Source: a bacterium (GTDB lineage Bacteria > UBA8248). Taken from it: a stretch of DNA of 27,612 nucleotides. The number at the start of each line of letters is the position of its first letter. Within the stretch, counting starts at the first letter, position 1. Under the pieces are notes generated by a model. The model saw only the letters and a program-made list of their open reading frames with translations, was not told the DNA's origin and ran no database searches. Of the stretch, positions 10,223 to 21,700 are shown piece by piece. A program made the position numbers and the translations under genes. The stretch covers positions 1 through 27,612 of the forward strand of contig CBDATS010000009.1 in assembly GCA_965200245.1 (NCBI GenBank), read 5' to 3'.

Positions 10223-12721
10223 ATGTTAGGTGGAACTCTACCTACTTACCTGACAGACTGGCCTGGCAAGAGTGCGCTTGCCAAGGGTGGACCAGAACAT
10301 CCAGCGATCTATCATATGCTTGAAGTGGCTGCTGTGGCTGAGCAGCTAATTCCGATGGATAAGTTCGACCGAAAGCGGCGCGAAGCGATTATACTTTTGA
10401 CTGGGTTGCATGACTTAGGAAAAATTGGCAAGCGGTTCCGGGATGCAGTGAGAGAAAATAAACCACAGGGTAACGATAGGCACTGGAAGCTCAGCGAGGC
10501 TCTCTTATGGCTGCACAGGGATCTAATGATTGAGAATTTGGAGGGTGATGAAGAGGTGCATCGCATCCTTTATGCTGCCACTGCCGGACATCATGGGGAA
10601 CCACCGACAGGAAGCCTCTCGCCAAACGACCGTGAATTCAGGGGAATGATGATTCGTGCAGGGAAAACTGCAAAGGACGATGCAAGGGAGGCAATCGCGG
10701 CTCTATCCGAGCTCTGGCCGAACGCATCCTTGGAAGGTTTAGATATTAGTACCGCGACATCGCTCAGTTGGTGGCTTCCAGGATTTGTCTCGACATGCGA
10801 TTGGATTGGGTCCAACGTCGACTGGTTCCCACCGCAAGAACCGAAACTGGAATTGCCGGAATATCTCGACGCTGCACGATGCCGAGCTTCAATTGCTGTT
10901 GCAAAGACCGGAGTGATGCCTTGTGCTCTTTCGGGTAGTGAAATTTTTGAATTTCCTGAGCTGCGCCCGATGCAGCGAGGCTGTAAGACAATTCCGTTGC
11001 CTGACGGGCCAATGCTTGCACTGATCGAGGATGAAACTGGTAGCGGGAAAACAGAGGCAGCCCTGATACTTGCCCAGAGAATGTTGGCTGCAGGCAAGGG
11101 GTACGGCCTCTATTTTGCACTTCCGACGATGGCCACGGCGGATGCGATGTTTGCCCGAGTTGAGAAATCAGTCTCCAAATTATTTGCAGAGCCGGCAAGC
11201 CTGACACTCGCTCACGGGCGTGCAGCGTTGTCGACCGCTTTTCGAAGGTTGGTTGGTCAAACTCATCCGGACAAAAATGAGGCAACTTGTACTCCGTGGT
11301 TGGCAGACGGGCGTAGACGCTCTCTCTTAGCCAATGTCGGAGTCGGTACGGTGGATCAGGCTTTGTTAGGTGTTTTGCCGACGCGTTTTTCCACACTAAG
11401 GCTCTATGGTTTGTCATCCAAAATATTGATCGTGGACGAGGCCCATGAGTTGGGCGATCCTTATATGGCGGAAGTCCTGACCCGACTTTTGGAGGCACAC
11501 CGCAGTTTAGGTGGGTCAGCGATCATACTTACAGCCACCCTGCCGTTATCTCTGCGTGCACGTCTCTTGAAAATCTATGACGGTTTTTCAGGAGATGATG
11601 CCTATCCTGCTCTGACCGTAGCGAGGGGAACCACGTATCAAAATTTCCCGCAAGTGACCAGTCCTCGTGGAATTGTGCGTGTTAAGCGGCTTCCCAACAT
11701 CGAGCAAGCACTTAATCTCTTGGAGAAATGTGCTCGGGACGGCGCAGCCAGCGTCTGGGTCCGCAACGCTGTTGATGACGCGATCTCTGCGGCGGACGCG
11801 CTGTCTGCACGCGGTGTCAGGGTCGATATCCTACACGCACGCTTTGCGCTGAGTGATCGCAAGCGAATTGAAGGTTTGGTGTTAAACCAATTTGGCAAAA
11901 ATCGAAATTCTTGTCCCGGGCGTGTACTAGTGGCTACACAGGTCGTGGAAAGTTCACTTGATCTGGATTTCGACGTCATGGTTAGTGATCTCGCTCCCAT
12001 GGCAGCTCTTATTCAGAGAGCAGGTCGGCTCTGGCGGCACATGGCCGAACGTCCGGCAGAAAGTCGTCCTGTTTCAGGGCTGACTCTCCATGTTTTATCT
12101 CCTGATCCGGATCAAGTCGAAAATGAAGATTGGCTCGGCGAGGTGCTGGATAAGGGCCGCTGGGTCTATCCCGTTAGTGCGCAGTGGCGCACGGCCGATG
12201 TGTTGTTTCGCACGGGTAAAATTCAAGCACCCTCCGGGTTGCGTCCTCTTATAGAGGCTGCAGAGTCGGCAACCCCTGCGGCACCGTTGGCAATTCAAGA
12301 GGCCGAAACGGAACAAATCGGAAAAAGTTATGCGAAGGAGTCGCTTGCGCTTCACAATCTGGTGGATCTACAAGCGGGGTTTCGTATTGGAGGAGGAAGA
12401 GCCGATGACACGGTGTACCCAACACGTTTGGGTGAACCGCAACAGCTGCTTATGTTGACGCGGTATGTAAGCAGTGTGCTGCGACCATGGGCTGAGGCTG
12501 AACATTTTTCAGACAGTTGTCAACTCTCTGAGGTGCAGGCATCGAAGCGCAAGCTAGAAGCTCTTGAGCTTCCGAATCAGGAAAATCCTGATATAATTGC
12601 ACTGACAGCCGACTGGCCGGACTGGAAACGCAATGTAGTGACAGTTTGTCCAGTACATGATGATGGTGTGATATGCAAAGGTTTACGATATGAGCCGAAG
12701 CGTGGACTTTTGTTTCAATAA
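10223..12721 (+). CDS. cas3: Type I-E Cas3 (HD nuclease fused to SF2 helicase)
   Basis: WPGKS, HML, HDLGK, HHG and CDWIGS (HD domain); ETGSGKT, LPTMAT, DEAH, TAT, LHARF, ATQVVESSLDLDFD and QRAGRLWRH (helicase). Confidence 0.97.
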   Translation: MLGGTLPTYLTDWPGKSALAKGGPEHPAIYHMLEVAAVAEQLIPMDKFDRKRREAIILLTGLHDLGKIGKRFRDAVRENKPQGNDRHWKLSEALLWLHRDLMIENLEGDEEVHRILYAATAGHHGEPPTGSLSPNDREFRGMMIRAGKTAKDDAREAIAALSELWPNASLEGLDISTATSLSWWLPGFVSTCDWIGSNVDWFPPQEPKLELPEYLDAARCRASIAVAKTGVMPCALSGSEIFEFPELRPMQRGCKTIPLPDGPMLALIEDETGSGKTEAALILAQRMLAAGKGYGLYFALPTMATADAMFARVEKSVSKLFAEPASLTLAHGRAALSTAFRRLVGQTHPDKNEATCTPWLADGRRRSLLANVGVGTVDQALLGVLPTRFSTLRLYGLSSKILIVDEAHELGDPYMAEVLTRLLEAHRSLGGSAIILTATLPLSLRARLLKIYDGFSGDDAYPALTVARGTTYQNFPQVTSPRGIVRVKRLPNIEQALNLLEKCARDGAASVWVRNAVDDAISAADALSARGVRVDILHARFALSDRKRIEGLVLNQFGKNRNSCPGRVLVATQVVESSLDLDFDVMVSDLAPMAALIQRAGRLWRHMAERPAESRPVSGLTLHVLSPDPDQVENEDWLGEVLDKGRWVYPVSAQWRTADVLFRTGKIQAPSGLRPLIEAAESATPAAPLAIQEAETEQIGKSYAKESLALHNLVDLQAGFRIGGGRADDTVYPTRLGEPQQLLMLTRYVSSVLRPWAEAEHFSDSCQLSEVQASKRKLEALELPNQENPDIIALTADWPDWKRNVVTVCPVHDDGVICKGLRYEPKRGLLFQ

Positions 12722-12829
12722 TCTGCGAAGTCGGGTGGGGATCATTCGAATTATCGCTTAGGGAAGGTTCCTCGGAACAGCAGCGATTGAGGTATGGAGC
12801 GGTTATCCGTTATCCTTTCAACGTTCAGC

Positions 12830-12858
12830 TTGACAGGTCACCGCCAATTGAATATCGA
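12830..12858 (+). promoter_or_regulatory. Possible sigma70-type promoter for the cas8e-cas2 operon
   Basis: TTGACA (12830-12835), a 17-nt spacer, then TATCGA, within the cas3-cas8e gap. The -10 element is imperfect. Confidence 0.3.
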
Positions 12859-13059
12859 TGGTCGGATGCTGAAGACGGCGGCAACCTGCTGAAAGCGTTG
12901 CTTCCCCATGCATTGCAAATGTCCGAGATCGACAAAAGGTTAAAAGAATAGAGCTGAAATAGCGTCGGTTTTCATCTTGGAGTTAAATGGAAAAGCAATG
13001 CAAGATTTCGTCAATATAGATTTATGAGATTTTAGCCTTTAACCATAAAGAGTAAATTT

Positions 13060-14504
13060 GTGACTCTCAATTTGATTTCGGATCCGTGGATCCCGGTGCG
13101 TCTTAGAGATGGGTCTGAAGAGACGATCGCTCCACACCAAATGACTGAACCGGACATTGTGGAGCCAAATTGGCCACGCGTGGATCTGAATCTGGCATGT
13201 TACGAATTGTTGATCGGTCTGGTGCTGCTTGCGGACCCACCGGTTGACATTACCGATTGGCGCATGCGGAAGAAATCTAGTTCGGAAGCTCTTAAGCGTG
13301 CGTTGGAGCCATTTACGCCCGCATTTTTCTTGTTTGGAGACTATCCTTTCCTTCAGGAAAAAATCGAAGAAAGCGAGCAACCCAAGCCAGTTGATGTGCT
13401 GTTTATCGATAGCGCGGGCAATAATGCGGTCAAAAAAAATTCTGATCTAATGACTTGGCGTGGACGGTATAACGTGCTGGACCCGGCACTGGCGGCAATG
13501 GCGCTTTACACATTGCAAGCTTTTGCGCCGGCAGGAGGTTCCGGGTACCGCACTTCGATGCGCGGAGGAGGTCCGATGATCACGTTGATTGATCCAAGGC
13601 AAAGTCTGTGGTCGCTTATTTGGGCCAATGTGCCTTATGGAACTGCGGCTGCGGTTGAAAATTTGCCATGGATGAGGCCTTTGCGTACGTCGCAAGCAAC
13701 GGCGAGTGAGACGTATCCACGACATTGCCATCCTGTTGAAGCATTTTTTGGGATGCCAAGACGTTTGCGACTGGTGATGGATGGGCATGGTGTAACAGGC
13801 GTTATCCAGAAGCCCTATGGTACGAATTACGCTGGTTGGCGACACCCCACTAGTCCCTATTACCGACAAAAAGAAGGGTCTGAGCTATTACCTGTTCACC
13901 CGAAACCCGGCCATTTTGGTTATCGTAACTGGGTGGGTATCGTGGAGGTCGACCGCAGCGGATTGTGGGAGCGAGCGAGATGTGTTGAAACATGGAAGCA
14001 GGGACGCGATAGTTCTGGCCCAGAATCCGGCTTAAGGGTGGCGGGCTGGGCGATGAGCAATATGATGCCGGTTACATTTTTGAATTCAGTTGAGCCGCTC
14101 ATAACACTGCCAGAAGGTCGCGATCTTGTTCTTTATGAGATGATCGGCGCAGCGGATAAGGTGGCAAAGATTCTGCGATCAGCTTTGAGATCTGTAGTGG
14201 TACAAGGAACTGTCCGTGATTCGGTAGTTGACGAGTTTTATATCCGTACTGAACAACAATTTCATGAGAGTATTGCAAACCTTAAAGCAGCTGTGCTTCC
14301 TCATCGTTTCGTCGAGCACTGGATTAACGCTCTGCGTAGTGCCGCTTTGTATCTGTTTGACCAATATAGCGTACCAGATTTGGATCTTCGTCTTCCCAAG
14401 CAGCAAAAGCAAATCATCAAGGCGAGACTTAGTTTGCTGGCAGTCCAGCCAGAAAAGTTTGCGGAATTTAGAGAAACCGTCGCAATGATCGAAGGAGAAG
14501 ACGA

Positions 14505-14508
<4 letters not shown>
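13060..14508 (+). CDS. cas8e: Cascade large subunit Cas8e (Cse1/CasA)
   Basis: GTG start. NLISDPWIPV, PFLQ, LQAFAPAGGSGYRTSMRGGGP, FFGMPRRLRL and WRHPTSPY motifs; position in the operon fits. Confidence 0.95.
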
Positions 14509-16759
<2,251 letters not shown>

Positions 16760-16763
<4 letters not shown>

Positions 16764-17419
16764 CACTTTATCTTTCAAAGTTGCGCAAGGCTCGTAACCC
16801 GTCGATCAAAGCTGTTGCGCAATTGCTTGAGCCGGAAGAAATGGCGCAAAGACTGGACGCTAACCACCGATTACTATGGTCCCTTTTTTCAGATGACCCC
16901 AAGGCGAAGCGAGACTTCCTCTGGCGGGTCGAAGGGCAGAATTTTCTGGTATTATCAAAACGTCCGCCAATGAAATCGCCGTTTTTTGAGCAGCCACAGG
17001 TGAAGTCTTTTGCACCCGATTTGCGTTCAGGAGATCGATTGTGCTTTCGATTGCGGGTGAATGCAACACGAATGCGCAAAGGTGTGGGACGTGTTGATAT
17101 TGTTATGGACGCTTTGCACGGTGTTGCTCCTGAACATCGCTCCGAGCAGCGAATGAACCTAGCGCAAGAGGTTGCAACCGTTTGGATGACGGGTCAAGGT
17201 GCGCGAACAGGGTTTTCTTGTCGTGATTTGTTGGTCGAGGATTACTCGGTGGTGAAGCTGCCGCGCACCAGTCGAGCCGGGCAACCGCGTTTCGGCATCT
17301 TGGAAATTACGGGGGCACTCGAAGTCAATGAGCCGCAGGTATTCATTTCCGGAATAGGAAATGGCTTCGGCAGAGCTAAGGCATTTGGCTGTGGGTTGAT
17401 GCTAATACGGCGAGGCTGA
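16760..17419 (+). CDS. cas6e: Cas6e crRNA-processing endoribonuclease (Cse3/CasE)
   Basis: HRLLWSLF, RDFLWR, FRLRVNAT and the C-terminal G-rich loop GFGRAKAFGCGLM. Confidence 0.96.
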
Positions 17420-18360
17420 TGCAGAATATCCCCGGACTCCCTCCGCCCAGACCAATTCCGCTCAGAGATAGGGCTCAGCTTGTATTCGTAGAGCGCGCAC
17501 GTTTGGATGTAAAGGACGGGGCCTTTGTTGCTGCAAATGCCAATGGAACCCGCACCCATATCCCTGTGGGTGGCTTAGCGGGTCTTATGCTTGAACCAGG
17601 TGCTCGTATCAGTCATGCTGCCGTATCGCTAGCGGCAAGAGTAGGCACTTTGATCACTTGGGTGGGGGAAGGTGGGGTAAGACTTTATTCCGCTGGTCAA
17701 CCAGGCGGGGCGCGTGCGGATCGACTGCTTTGGCAGGCAGCGATAGCATTAGATGACGCAGCCAGACTGCGTGTGGTTCGCAAAATGTATCAGATGCGCT
17801 TTGGAGAATCCGCACCTGATCTTCGTACGATAAACCAATTGCGTGGGATAGAAGGTGTGCGGGTGCGTGAAAGCTATGTTTTGTTTGCCCGTCAACATGG
17901 TGTGGTCTGGAAACGCCGAAAATACGACCCCTCAGACTGGGAAACTAGTGACATACCCAACCGATGTATCTCTGCGGCAACGTCTTGTCTCCATGGTCTT
18001 GTCGAGGCAGCGATATTGGCTGCTGGGTACGCTCCCGCCATCGGTTTTCTGCACACGGGTAAACCCCGTAGTTTTGTGTATGACATTGCTGACATCTACA
18101 AGCTGCAAACAGTAGTGCCCGAGGCATTTCGTATTGCAGGCGATTATGCGCGCGGAAAGCTTGAGATGTCGCCCGATCGCGCCGTCCGGCTAGCTTGCCG
18201 TGATTCTTTCCGGCAAAGTGGACTATTGCGTAAGATCATTCCTGATATAGAAGAAGTGCTCAAAGCCGGGGATTTACCCATTCCTTTGCCGGCTCCTGAG
18301 GCGCTCGGCCCAGCTTTTAAAGAGCAAAATCCCGGTGGCGATGCTGGTCATCGCGGTTAA
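17419..18360 (+). CDS. cas1: Type I-E Cas1 integrase
   Basis: LEPGARISHAA, WVGEGGVRLYS, QLRGIEGVRVR and GYAPAIGFLHTGKPRSFVYDIAD motifs. Confidence 0.98.
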   Translation: MQNIPGLPPPRPIPLRDRAQLVFVERARLDVKDGAFVAANANGTRTHIPVGGLAGLMLEPGARISHAAVSLAARVGTLITWVGEGGVRLYSAGQPGGARADRLLWQAAIALDDAARLRVVRKMYQMRFGESAPDLRTINQLRGIEGVRVRESYVLFARQHGVVWKRRKYDPSDWETSDIPNRCISAATSCLHGLVEAAILAAGYAPAIGFLHTGKPRSFVYDIADIYKLQTVVPEAFRIAGDYARGKLEMSPDRAVRLACRDSFRQSGLLRKIIPDIEEVLKAGDLPIPLPAPEALGPAFKEQNPGGDAGHRG

Positions 18361-18628
18361 TCGCGCTCCAGCGCGCCTTAGAGGCAGGCTTGCGGCTTGG
18401 CTTCTGGAGGTACGTGCAGGTGTTTTTGTCGGAAAGTATACTGCTCGCACTCGCGAGCGAATTTGGGAGCAGGTATGCGCCCATATTGAAGATGGCGACG
18501 CAGTACTGGTCTGGCAGGCAACATCGGATCAAGGATTTGCTTTTGAAACGGTAGGGCAGAACCGTCGAATGCCGGTGGATTTTGATGGACTGAATTTAGT
18601 TTCTTTCACGCCCATAGAAGAAAAGTAA
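18341..18628 (+). CDS. cas2: Type I-E Cas2
   Basis: MLVIAV..APARLRGRLAAWLLEVRAGVFVG, R.RIW, QGFAF and RMPVDFDGLNLV. Overlaps the cas1 3' end; an alternative GTG start lies at 18335. Confidence 0.96.
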   Translation: MLVIAVNRAPARLRGRLAAWLLEVRAGVFVGKYTARTRERIWEQVCAHIEDGDAVLVWQATSDQGFAFETVGQNRRMPVDFDGLNLVSFTPIEEK

Positions 18629-18765
18629 GATCAGTGGATTGCACCGGTTCACTGTTTGACATCGTTAACAGTTTTTCAATTTGAATTGATTTGAACTAAA
18701 AAAGAAAAAATTAAAATATTAAAAAACAAAATAGCAATATAGAAAGATAATTTTTTAATTTAAGA
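18629..18765 (+). promoter_or_regulatory. CRISPR leader
   Basis: Very AT-rich 137-bp segment between cas2 and the first repeat, ending ...TTTTTTAATTTAAGA as in type I-E leader-repeat junctions. Confidence 0.88.
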
Positions 18766-21700
18766 GCGTTCCCCACACACGCGGGGATGAACCGCCTGGA
18801 GCGCTTGCGCCTGCACTTCGGTTAAGCGTTCCCCACACACGCGGGGATGAACCGCTGATAATGATCCCCACACATTGAACGGGCGCAGAGGTTAAGCGTT
18901 CCCCACACACGCGGGGATGAACCGGTTGATGTGGATTTCGTCCGGCTGTCCGCGTTCCCCACACACGCGGGGATGAACCGCTCCAGTGCGGGCGCCGCGC
19001 GGTATGTCGCGTTCCCCACACACGCGGGGATGAAGCGCCTTCCCCACAATGTCATTGTGCGTTCCCCACACACGCGGGGATGAACCGCGCGTTCGGGCCT
19101 ATCATGGCGTTCCCCACACACGCGGGGATGAACCGCTGAGAATGGCAATTTATAGGCGCTTGACCAAGCGTTCCCCACACACGCGGGGATGAACCGCCCT
19201 GCGACACTGTCTGTGGCATTGCCCGGGAGCGTTCCCCACACACGCGGGGATGAACCGTGCGAACAGGCTATGGACATACTGCGGGAGGAGCGTTCCCCAC
19301 ACACGCGGGGATGAACCGGATCTTGATTATGGAGACGAATGGTCTTTTGTGCGTTCCCCACACACGCGGGGATGAACCGCCGAAAAATTGGAGCGGCGCT
19401 GAATGAGTACGCGTTCCCCACACACGCGGGGATGAACCGCTGACTGATGATTTACAATTTACTAAGCGCTGGCGTTCCCCACACACGCGGGGATGAACCG
19501 ACAGGGCGATGGCCCGCTTCGTGCTTCAGTGGGCGTTCCCCACACACGCGGGGATGAACCGCCCACATCTACACGGTGCAGAACACCACAGATGCGTTCC
19601 CCACACACGCGGGGATGAACCGCGGATCATCGCCTTATGTTGCGGATGTTCAGGGCGTTCCCCACACACGCGGGGATGAACCGATTTTCCTTGTTCGGTT
19701 TTTCTTTAATAACGTGCGTTCCCCACACACGCGGGGATGAACCGGCGACCCGCGCATTTTCTGGAACCGGCGCAATGCGTTCCCCACACACGCGGGGATG
19801 AACCGGCGACCGGGGGGACGATGGTCGGGACGGCGGCGCGTTCCCCACACACGCGGGGATGAACCGGGATCGCGACCGACGGAAACCGGATTTACGCTGC
19901 GTTCCCCACACACGCGGGGATGAACCTGCTCAGGTCCAGATTGCGGTTTGACGTCCGGCGCGTTCCCCACACACGCGGGGATGAACCGGAGTAAACGCCA
20001 TGGGCCATAAATCCACCGCAGCGTTCCCCACACACGCGGGGATGAACCGCGAATTGACCGAAAACGAGCAGCTGCAATATGGCGTTCCCCACACACGCGG
20101 GGATGAACCGGATGAAAAGCTGGCCAGTTCCGAGACCGGAATGCGTTCCCCACACACGCGGGGATGAACCGCGGTTGCGTTCAGGGATGCACTCATACGC
20201 GACGCGTTCCCCACACACGCGGGGATGAACCGACCAGCAGTCGATCGAATACGCATGCAACAAAGCGTTCCCCACACACGCGGGGATGAACCGGGGTCGT
20301 GGTGGATTGTGGAGTGGTATCTGACGCGTTCCCCACACACGCGGGGATGAACCGCAGATCGACGAGACTTTTAATGCCAAATACAAGCGTTCCCCACACA
20401 CGCGGGGATGAACCGGCGGCCTAACCCAAACGCTTCATACGTCAGCAGCGTTCCCCACACACGCGGGGATGAACCGGCTTTTGTGAGGTATGCGGCGATT
20501 AGCGCATAGCGTTCCCCACACACGCGGGGATGAACCGGAACATAAGGTCGCGCCGCGCCAGACCATCGGGCGTTCCCCACACACGCGGGGATGAACCGCG
20601 CGAACAAAATCGTGAGCGGACGCATTACGAGCGTTCCCCACACACGCGGGGATGAACCGCCGGCTTGAACCGCCGGCTTCCGGCAAAAGCTCAATTATGG
20701 CAATGCGTTCCCCACACACGCGGGGATGAACCGCCGCATACGACAGATACATTAAACCTTTCATCGCGTTCCCCACACACGCGGGGATGAACCGCATGAA
20801 CGGGTTGGAGCATTATACGGAAATGCGCGTTCCCCACACACGCGGGGATGAACCGAGACATCCAACCGGGTGCTGGGCGGATCGCAGGCGTTCCCCACAC
20901 ACGCGGGGATGAACCGATCACCAACCCCGCGGCCAATTCGGGATGGAAGCGTTCCCCACACACGCGGGGATGAACCGCTGGATGACATTGACTTCCGCGT
21001 TGAGCAGAAGCGTTCCCCACACACGCGGGGATGAACCGAGGAAGAGACGCGTTCGGTGGGCACGGAGATCGCGTTCCCCACACACGCGGGGATGAACCGC
21101 AACCGCCAAGTGTTGTCGTTGTCGTCGTAGAGCGTTCCCCACACACGCGGGGATGAACCGTCGATGCCGTCAACCTTGATCTGGCTGGCCGAGCGTTCCC
21201 CACACACGCGGGGATGAACCGCTCCATTTTTTGACTGCTGCGGTCAATCGGAAGCGTTCCCCACACACGCGGGGATGAACCGGCCTGCTTGAATTCGGCG
21301 TGCGGATCTGGTCGGCGTTCCCCACACACGCGGGGATGAACCCGGATCTGGCTCATGCAATACGCGGATCATTACGCGTTCCCCACACACGCGGGGATGA
21401 ACCTTAGCCGGAGCGATTTATGTCGGAGCGCAGCCTGCGTTCCCCACACACGCGGGGATGAACCGGAGCCGCAGTTCTTGGCATTGATCCAGTCGAGGCG
21501 TTCCCCACACACGCGGGGATGAACCGTCCTGGATTGATGCTTGCGATCGAAGTCGAAGGCGTTCCCCACACACGCGGGGATGAACCGAGTCAAGCCGAGG
21601 AAACCGTCTGGCAATGGCTGCGTTCCCCACACACGCGGGGATGAACCGAGTCAAGCCGAGGAAACCGTCTGGCAATGGCTGCGTTCCCCACACACGCGGG

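Noticed and set aside
12891-12901. Possible self-targeting: 11-nt matches of spacer 91 to the cas3-cas8e gap and of spacer 134 to cas3
   Set aside because: Too short and expected by chance. I noticed no full-length self match by eye within the window, but the check was not exhaustive.
18341-18370. Cas2 lacks the N-terminal acidic residue
   Set aside because: This position is variable in I-E Cas2 and is not required for acquisition.
21283-21375. CGGATCTGG shared by adjacent spacers 42 and 43; 11-12-nt matches between spacers 79/106 and 82/116
   Set aside because: The flanks diverge immediately, so these cannot be distinguished from chance.
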